Positions 57,576-64,000 of a stretch of 64,000 nucleotides of DNA are shown here, piece by piece; the stretch's first letter is position 1; each line of letters starts with the position of its first letter. A model generated the notes under the pieces. It was not told where the DNA came from and made no database searches. It worked only from the letters and a program-made list of their open reading frames with translations. The translations under genes and the position numbers were made by a program. This stretch comes from an uncultured Bacteroidota bacterium (GTDB taxonomy: Bacteria > Bacteroidota > Bacteroidia > Bacteroidales > WCHB1-69), in contig CADBQG010000001.1 of NCBI GenBank assembly GCA_902796805.1, forward strand, positions 33,106 to 97,105, read 5' to 3'.

Positions 57576-58517
57576 TTAATTTTGATAAAGTCCACGTCCC
57601 TCCTTCACAAGTCTTCCGCTTTCGCGAAGGTCCACGATGAGGCGGTCGATGATGCCGTTTATGAAAACCCGGCTCTTCTCGGAGCTGTACCACTTTGCTA
57701 TTTCTATATATTCGTTGAGGGTGACCTTCACGGGTATGGTGGGAAACTCCAGGAGTTCGCACAGGGCCATCGTCATCAGCAGCATGTCCATGTTGTTAAC
57801 GCGGTCCATCTCCCAGTTCTGCAGCTTGCCCTCGATCATGCGCTTGTATTCCTCCGAGTTCTGCAGGGTCTTGCGGAACAGTTCGGGAGCGAAGTTCTTA
57901 GCGTCGTCGTCGGCATACACGCCGCCTATTCGCAGGGGTTTCTTCTCCGTCATGCTGTTGACGCAGTGATACAGCATGGCCACCGCCTCGTTGAAGTCGC
58001 CGATCCAGTGGACGTTGATTTCGCCAAGGTGCCAGTTCAGCAGCTCGTCGGTGGCTATAACATCCTTCACTATGCAAAGCACAAGTTCCTTGTCTTCGTT
58101 GAACGAGCGTGCCGGGTTTGACATATACGCCTCGTATTCAGGAAGTTGCTCTATGTTTCGGAACAGCCTTGACACAATGTCGGTGTCGTCGGCCCAGGAA
58201 ACGCGGCAGTCCATGGCGAGGGTTTCAAGAACTTTGTCCTCCTCTATCTTCTTTATGACGGCGTTGTCGATGAATTTTGTATTGGGGTTGAGGTCTTCTT
58301 CTGTGGGGTTGTATTTTCCTTTTAGGCTTTCCAGTTTCTTCTCCCTGTAGAACGTTATTTCCGGAAGGAGGCAGAGCAGCCACACGAACAGTTCGTGGCA
58401 CGACTTTATGGCCTTTTTCAGGCCGGTTTCAGCCTGTGCGAGGCTCGACTTAGGGTTCGTGCCGTAGGAGTACAGGGCCTGCATGGCCTTGATTCTCAGA
58501 TAGTGTCTGCTTACCAT
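57576..58517 (-). CDS. nusB: Transcription antitermination factor NusB (long Bacteroidota form)
   Basis: N-terminal SRHYLRIKAMQALYSY and a C-terminal NusB fold segment (DRVNNMDMLLMTMALCELLEF..IPVKVTLNEYIEIAK.YS). Confidence 0.85.
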   Translation of the reverse strand: MVSRHYLRIKAMQALYSYGTNPKSSLAQAETGLKKAIKSCHELFVWLLCLLPEITFYREKKLESLKGKYNPTEEDLNPNTKFIDNAVIKKIEEDKVLETLAMDCRVSWADDTDIVSRLFRNIEQLPEYEAYMSNPARSFNEDKELVLCIVKDVIATDELLNWHLGEINVHWIGDFNEAVAMLYHCVNSMTEKKPLRIGGVYADDDAKNFAPELFRKTLQNSEEYKRMIEGKLQNWEMDRVNNMDMLLMTMALCELLEFPTIPVKVTLNEYIEIAKWYSSEKSRVFINGIIDRLIVDLRESGRLVKEGRGLYQN

Positions 58518-58543
58518 AATTCTTTCAGGATTGCGTTAGGTTT

Positions 58544-59491
58544 TTATCTCAAGGTGAAGAAGGTCTCTCCGAGGAACTGCTCGTCGGTGTAGAGCTGCAC
58601 GTTGTACTGGCCTTTTATGGCCTTGTCGTCCGACATGAGGTCCCACACTAAAGTCACGTTCTGGGCCTTGTTGTTGTAGTTCACCACGGTCTTGCAGGAG
58701 TATTGCAGCCTTTGGCCGTTGTGCACGAAAGAGTATGTGTCGCCGGAGCCCATCGTGATGATTTTCCCAGTTTCGGGGATAGCGATGCGGCAGTACACGT
58801 TCACCGGACCCGGCTCTATGAGCGAGTTCTCGCCGAGCATGAGGGTTGTCTTTATCCGCTTCACTTTCGACGCCCTGTCGGTCTGCTCCTCGGTGCCCTT
58901 GTTGCGCACGAGGTAGCCGGCGCTGGAGATGTTGTATGCCTTGTATGTGGCGGCGTTGATTATCTTCTGCTCCAGGTCTTCGTTCGACTTCTGGATAGTG
59001 CGCGTAACCTCGCGTTCCTGCTCGAGGGTGGCCTTCACCTGCTGGTTCTCCTCTTTCAGGGCCTGGTTTTCCTGGTAGAGCTGGTCCATTTCCTTTACAT
59101 ACTCCTGCGAGATGTTCTGGAGGCGCGCGAGCTGCTTGCGGATTCTGTTGTAGTCGGCCTGGCTGTTGATTAGCTTCTCAATCTCGGCGGCGCCGGCCAT
59201 GATGATGCTGTCCTTCTCGCTGAGCTGTTCCGTGAGCTCGCCGTATTGTTCCTTTATGCGGTTGTGCTCCGCAAGAAGGGAGTCCAACTCCGACTGCAAC
59301 TCTGTGTTTTTGTTCTCCACCTCGGTGTAGACCTTGTTCATGGTGGGCTTTGCGAAGAAGGCGAAATAGAGGGTTGAGCATAGCAGCAAACCCGACAGCA
59401 CGCCTAAAATAACGACCCATTTTTTCAATGGATTTTCCTTTTTTACGTTTTGTGCCTGACCTGGATAGTCATTTGAACTCAATCTTTCCAT
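58544..59491 (-). CDS. Hypothetical membrane-anchored coiled-coil protein
   Basis: One TM (WVVILGVLSGLLLCSTLYFAFF), a long heptad-like Q/E/L-rich region, and a ~130-aa C-terminal domain. Confidence 0.6.
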   Translation of the reverse strand: MERLSSNDYPGQAQNVKKENPLKKWVVILGVLSGLLLCSTLYFAFFAKPTMNKVYTEVENKNTELQSELDSLLAEHNRIKEQYGELTEQLSEKDSIIMAGAAEIEKLINSQADYNRIRKQLARLQNISQEYVKEMDQLYQENQALKEENQQVKATLEQEREVTRTIQKSNEDLEQKIINAATYKAYNISSAGYLVRNKGTEEQTDRASKVKRIKTTLMLGENSLIEPGPVNVYCRIAIPETGKIITMGSGDTYSFVHNGQRLQYSCKTVVNYNNKAQNVTLVWDLMSDDKAIKGQYNVQLYTDEQFLGETFFTLR

Positions 59492-59556
59492 AACTGCTGT
59501 TTGTTGTTTTTAGTAGAGTTAACGTATGTTTTCGGCAAAAATTATATACGAATGTC

Positions 59557-61203
59557 TTATTTTCCAACCTCGATGTATTCCCTCAGCTTTTTAGGGAGAT
59601 AGAATGTCTTTTTCTTGTCCATGTACACGATGACGGATTCGAGGTTTATGCGTTTTTTGTTGACGGTTACGTAGTTGGAGTAGCTGTCGGCCACAAGGGT
59701 GTTTTTCTTGTACCTTACGGTGAGGCGGTAGTTGTCGACACCCAAGCTGTCGGTGGTTGTCTCGAAGCCCTTGAACACCTCCTGGTGCGGCGCGAAAATC
59801 TCCTCGGAGAGTCCACTGAGCTTGCCGGTGAGTCCCATCTGCCTGCAGAGGTAGCTGTGCACGTCGATGTTTGTGGGGCAGCCGGAGAGTACGTCGTCCC
59901 CTGGGTGGTACATTGCGAGGAACACGTTCTCTATGGTGTGGCCGAAGGTTGTGAACCCGAAATAGGTGCGGCCGTAAACGACTTGGCTGAGCATTTTTGT
60001 TAGCGAGATGTTTGACTTACGTTCTTCCTTCGGGATGTATGACTTGTTGTAGTCGCGGGCGGTGGCGAGGTACGAAATTTCCGACTGTTGCGGTACAAAG
60101 CCGAAATATGTCTCGAAAAGCCGTGGCCATTCCGAGGTGTCAACGTCCTTCATCTTCTCGCTCATGGTCCAGGTGGAGATTTTGTAGTTGTCGATGGGCG
60201 ACATGATTTCTTCCAGGGAGAGTCTGTCGTAACCGTGGTTCGACTTGGCGTTGCCCACCGTGACGGCGCCTGTGCCGTGGTCGGGGAGCACCACTATTGC
60301 GGTGTTGCCGTCCTTCTCGGCGAACTTCAGCGCCTCGCCGAAGGCTTTGTCGAACTCGAGGAACTCCAGGATCGCGTTTTTGGCGTCGTTGTCGTGGGCG
60401 GCCCAGTCAACCTTGCTGCCTTCAACCATGAGGAAGAAGCCGTTCTCGTTTTTGGAGAGGAGATCGAGGGCCTTCACGGTCATCTCGGCGAGGGAAGGCA
60501 TCTTCGCGGGGTCCGACTCCAGGGTGTAGGGCATCGATGTCTCGCCGAACAGAGCCCAAACCGGTGTGGTGCCGCAGTTTCTGAATCCGTCGATGTCGTC
60601 AAGGAAGACGCGGCAGCCTTCCGCTTTGAGGTCTGCCTGTAGTTTTTCGGTGAGGTATTTCACCCCGCCGCCCATCACCACGTCTATGTGGTTGTGCGCC
60701 ATCTGCGGCGCAATCATGCTGTATCTCCCGCGGTTGTAGGTGTGCGCCGAGCAGTCGGCGGGCGTGGCGTGGGGGAATTCGCAGGTGAAGACAAGCCCTG
60801 TGGACTTGCCCTGGAGAATCTTCGCGGCCTCGAGGAGGGTTGCCAGGGGCTGGTATGCCCTCGTGGCGTCCACAGGCACGAGGTCGTGGCCGGTGGCTAC
60901 TGGATATGTGGAGATGAAGGCGGTTTGCGAAGGCTGTCCGGTTACATAACAGGATGTTGTCGGGGCCGAGTCGCCTATGGGCGCGTCGGAGGAACTGGTG
61001 CGCACCAGTCCCCTGATGTACGGGTCAAGGAACAAGGTCTGCCGCGATGGGTCGGTGTAAGTCTGGTACCACCTGGCCGCCGACAGCAGGCTTGTGGATG
61101 TGCCGTCGGGAATCATGAGAATCACGTTCTTCACGGCCTTCTCCTGGGCCGTGGCGCCGAGAACCGCGAAAAACAATAAGCTGATAAGAACTGCCCTTTT
61201 CAT
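59557..61203 (-). CDS. Alkaline phosphatase (PhoA family)
   Basis: Signal MKRAVLISLLFFAVLGATAQ. MIPDGTS and DSAPTTSCYVTG (active-site Ser context), plus DWAAHDND. Confidence 0.85.
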   Translation of the reverse strand: MKRAVLISLLFFAVLGATAQEKAVKNVILMIPDGTSTSLLSAARWYQTYTDPSRQTLFLDPYIRGLVRTSSSDAPIGDSAPTTSCYVTGQPSQTAFISTYPVATGHDLVPVDATRAYQPLATLLEAAKILQGKSTGLVFTCEFPHATPADCSAHTYNRGRYSMIAPQMAHNHIDVVMGGGVKYLTEKLQADLKAEGCRVFLDDIDGFRNCGTTPVWALFGETSMPYTLESDPAKMPSLAEMTVKALDLLSKNENGFFLMVEGSKVDWAAHDNDAKNAILEFLEFDKAFGEALKFAEKDGNTAIVVLPDHGTGAVTVGNAKSNHGYDRLSLEEIMSPIDNYKISTWTMSEKMKDVDTSEWPRLFETYFGFVPQQSEISYLATARDYNKSYIPKEERKSNISLTKMLSQVVYGRTYFGFTTFGHTIENVFLAMYHPGDDVLSGCPTNIDVHSYLCRQMGLTGKLSGLSEEIFAPHQEVFKGFETTTDSLGVDNYRLTVRYKKNTLVADSYSNYVTVNKKRINLESVIVYMDKKKTFYLPKKLREYIEVGK

Positions 61204-61224
61204 TCCAAGAATACTAAAAACGCG

Positions 61225-61232
61225 CAAAAATA
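61225..61232 (-). promoter_or_regulatory. Candidate -7 box (TATTTTTG on minus strand)
   Basis: TAnnTTTG match, 22 nt upstream of ATG 61203. Confidence 0.4.
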
Positions 61233-61441
61233 CAATATTTACTTTAATAAAGAGTTTTTTCCGTCTCTGATACAAAAAGTAAGACTCCAATATTTTTGAT
61301 TATCAATCGATTAAAAACTAATAAAAAAAAAGATTGGCGAAATGTTGATTTTATTTGTACTTTCGCGCCGTTTTTTAAAAAGGTTTAAACAATTCCGCAT
61401 TGGAGAAATCAACACAAAGTTATATCAAAATTCTAACAACA

Positions 61442-64000
61442 ATGAAAAAAAATCTATTCTTATGGCTGATGCTCATAATGCTGGGCTTCGGCGGAATGGC
61501 GCAGACTGAGGTTACGATCGGCAACGGTTCGTATTCCTACAACACTTATGCGCCCATGAATCTGTGGTACAAATATGCTATCACACAGTCCATCTACTTG
61601 GCAGATGAAATCGGCATGTCCGGTTACATCAATTCAATTGCCTACAAACAGACTGTAACCGGCGCCACACGCAATATTACAGTTTATATGGCAGAAACTG
61701 ACAAGTCGCAATTCTCGTCGTCTTCCGATGCTTTGAGTGCGTCTGAATTCACGGAGGTTTTCAGCGGTTCATGGACGATTGGTGTAGGCGAGTGGTCTGA
61801 AATCGAGTTGACCACTCCGTTCGAATATACTGGCACTGGAAACCTTGTGATTGCAATTGTTGACGGAACAGGCTCTGACGTGGGGATGTCGAAGTATTGG
61901 CAGTCATCTACCGGCACAGGCCGCATCTTGTACCAATGTAATGATAACAACCCATATACTATCTCATCTACGGGCTTCAACACTCCCGCCAATTACTATC
62001 CCGACGTAAAGCTCACTATCTCGGAAGGCGAAAACACTTGCCATCCTGTGACAAACCTCGCAAATTCCGGCGTTACGGCAAATTCGGCAACTATATCATG
62101 GACAGCCCCTGAAGATGGCGGCAGCTACATTGTAATGTGCAAGAAATCAAACCAATCATGGGAAGATGACGACGTTGTTACCATAGACGGCATCAGCGAG
62201 ACCGAATACGAAATCACCGGCCTCAGCGCTGCAACTGCCTACGATGTGCGCGTTATCAACGATTGCGGCGACAACCAGAGCGCTGCACGCTCAACAAACT
62301 TCACAACTTTGTGCGCACCGATTGCTGATCTCCCTTATGTTCAGAACTTCGATGCTGTAGCTACTGATTCAATGCCGGCTTGTTGGGCTAAACTTAATCC
62401 GTACACCAACTACCCTCGCGTAACAACAAATAAGGCCATGAGCGGCAAGGCAATGGAATTCCATGCCAATGGCGCAAGCTACGCTGTTCTTCCTGAATTT
62501 GAGGAAGACTTGTCAAACCTGCAGATTTCGTTCTACACTCGCCGAGAAGGCGCAAACTCAGGCTCTTTTGACGCTGGCTACATCTTTAACATGGATACTG
62601 CGACATTCGTTCCTGTTTATTCAACAACATCGGGCGAAATTGGCGACAACGACTATCATAAGATTATTGCAAAATTCACAGAGTTTGAATCAGACGGCGA
62701 AAGCGTTGCCAACATAGCTTTCAGATACAAAAACGCACCGAGCTTTAGCAGCTGGTACTGGTTTGTTGACGAGGTGAAAGTTGACTACGCCACAGACTGC
62801 ACCGAACCTACTCAGCTCAGCGTAAGCAACATCAAGTCAACATCAGCCGACCTCAGCTGGGTATCCGACGCTGACGACTACACTGTTTATTACAAGAAGA
62901 CATCTGACACAGAATACGACATGTATGAAAATGTAACGTTGGATGATAACAACGTATATACGTTGGAAGGCCTCGATCCTGAGACAAAATACACATGGTA
63001 TGTGGAAGCCAATTGTAGTTCTGCAGTTCCGAGCGACACAGCAACATTCACCACAGAGTGCTCCCCACATAGCGAACTTCCTTATACTTGGGATTTTGAA
63101 AGCGGCAACACCGGCGGCACAACAGCTTACCCGCTGCCTTCGTGCTGGAAAAGGAACGAGGCAAACAACACAAACTATCCATACGTATATGAAACTACAT
63201 CAACTTCTCCAAACGTCACAAGCGGTATACACTACTTGTATTTCTACTCTACAGGCAACACTGCCATAATGAACGCAATCGATATCGAGTCTTTCGACAT
63301 CACCTCGCTTCAAATCAGTTTCAACGGACGTTCTGCCGCAACGGCAGGCTCACCTATCATTGTGGGCATTATGACCGACCCGTTCAATGCATCAACATTC
63401 GATACAGTGTCGGTTGTGGCTCTGACAAACACAATGGACAGCTATGATGTGATCTTTGCAAACTATGAGGGCGAAGGTACCTACATAGCCTTAAGAAACG
63501 GCTCTTCATCTTCCACTTACCTTGACGACGTGGTTTTGGACTACATTTCCGACTGTCCGAAAGTGCAGAATCTTGCTGTATCCAATATCACTGGCGAAGG
63601 CGCAACTGTTACCTGGACAGGCTCTGTTGACAGCTACGTTGTTCGCTACCGTGCTGCAAGCGACTCTGTTTGGAACACCGACGGCGCGGAGATTGACGGC
63701 ACAACAGCCACGTTGAGCGGCCTTAACCCGACAACATCATACGTTGTGCAAGTTGCTCCCGACTGCGGCGACGAGATAGCTGAAACAATGTACAAGGGCG
63801 TGACATTCAAGACTATTTGCAGCGTTTACGAGCTGCCCTACGAAACATCTTTCGAGAACAGCGACGAGGATGAATGCTGGACAGTTGCTTCCGAAGGTGA
63901 AATATGGGAGTATGATTATGATTATGGATACTACCTCAATACATACCCTGATTTCAACCATTATGCAACAAGTAGCGCAAGAACAGGCACCGGTATGTTA
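61442..64000 (+). CDS. Large modular cell-surface protein, 5' part (at least 853 aa, runs off window; absent from ORF track)
   Basis: I translated 853 codons from ATG 61442 to the window end without meeting a stop. Signal peptide MKKNLFLWLMLIMLGFGGMAQ. Three Cys-bounded FN3-like modules (62039-62314, 62798-63061, 63554-63820) alternate with ~160-aa LPY..F(D/E)...CW modules. Confidence 0.8.
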   Translation, partial: MKKNLFLWLMLIMLGFGGMAQTEVTIGNGSYSYNTYAPMNLWYKYAITQSIYLADEIGMSGYINSIAYKQTVTGATRNITVYMAETDKSQFSSSSDALSASEFTEVFSGSWTIGVGEWSEIELTTPFEYTGTGNLVIAIVDGTGSDVGMSKYWQSSTGTGRILYQCNDNNPYTISSTGFNTPANYYPDVKLTISEGENTCHPVTNLANSGVTANSATISWTAPEDGGSYIVMCKKSNQSWEDDDVVTIDGISETEYEITGLSAATAYDVRVINDCGDNQSAARSTNFTTLCAPIADLPYVQNFDAVATDSMPACWAKLNPYTNYPRVTTNKAMSGKAMEFHANGASYAVLPEFEEDLSNLQISFYTRREGANSGSFDAGYIFNMDTATFVPVYSTTSGEIGDNDYHKIIAKFTEFESDGESVANIAFRYKNAPSFSSWYWFVDEVKVDYATDCTEPTQLSVSNIKSTSADLSWVSDADDYTVYYKKTSDTEYDMYENVTLDDNNVYTLEGLDPETKYTWYVEANCSSAVPSDTATFTTECSPHSELPYTWDFESGNTGGTTAYPLPSCWKRNEANNTNYPYVYETTSTSPNVTSGIHYLYFYSTGNTAIMNAIDIESFDITSLQISFNGRSAATAGSPIIVGIMTDPFNASTFDTVSVVALTNTMDSYDVIFANYEGEGTYIALRNGSSSSTYLDDVVLDYISDCPKVQNLAVSNITGEGATVTWTGSVDSYVVRYRAASDSVWNTDGAEIDGTTATLSGLNPTTSYVVQVAPDCGDEIAETMYKGVTFKTICSVYELPYETSFENSDEDECWTVASEGEIWEYDYDYGYYLNTYPDFNHYATSSARTGTGML

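Noticed and set aside
1-64000. CRISPR arrays, rRNA genes, IS elements, integrases or prophage genes
   Set aside because: I saw no regularly spaced repeat array and no transposase, integrase or phage-like ORF on either strand. The only tRNA (Lys) has no adjacent integrase or att-like duplicate of its 3' end.

Overview
This is a chromosomal window from a Bacteroidota (Bacteroidales-like) genome. That placement rests on recurring TAnnTTTG -7 promoter boxes (often GTAATTTTGCG), a T9SS C-terminal sorting domain, a long N-terminally extended Rho, and the gene content. I support about 50 protein genes. Most are housekeeping: purB, upp, nrdJ, yajC, coaE, gpsA, ddl, der, folE, mutS, lplA, rho, dnaJ, grpE and nusB. 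There is also one tRNA-Lys(UUU) and several hairpin terminators. I saw no CRISPR array, rRNA, transposase or integrase. Many track ORFs carry spurious N-terminal extensions, which I re-anchored on signal peptides or conserved N-termini. Two real genes are missing from the track: a 56-aa ferredoxin (22080-22250) and an open-ended surface-protein ORF of at least 853 aa (61442-64000). Five regions are accessory or unusual. (1) A low-GC two-gene restriction-modification island lies 25 bp after hutI; its C5-methyltransferase has an N-terminal HTH and an unexplained ~180-aa C-terminal extension. (2) A 0.9-kb cassette between the ferredoxin and an acetyltransferase-like gene is bracketed by a 73-bp direct repeat (68/73 identical). 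That repeat duplicates a terminator hairpin and a gene 3' end. The cassette holds two small lipoprotein ORFs joined at a G9 tract and a 14-bp tandem repeat. (3) A stand-alone LytTR regulator overlaps a single-pass membrane protein. (4) Tandem GH73-LysM paralogs occur, and the second lacks the catalytic Glu. (5) The window carries T9SS-type cargo: a C10 protease and a periodic FN3-containing adhesin-like protein. I cannot call any of these a new system from sequence alone. The methyltransferase extension and the repeat-bracketed cassette are the best leads.
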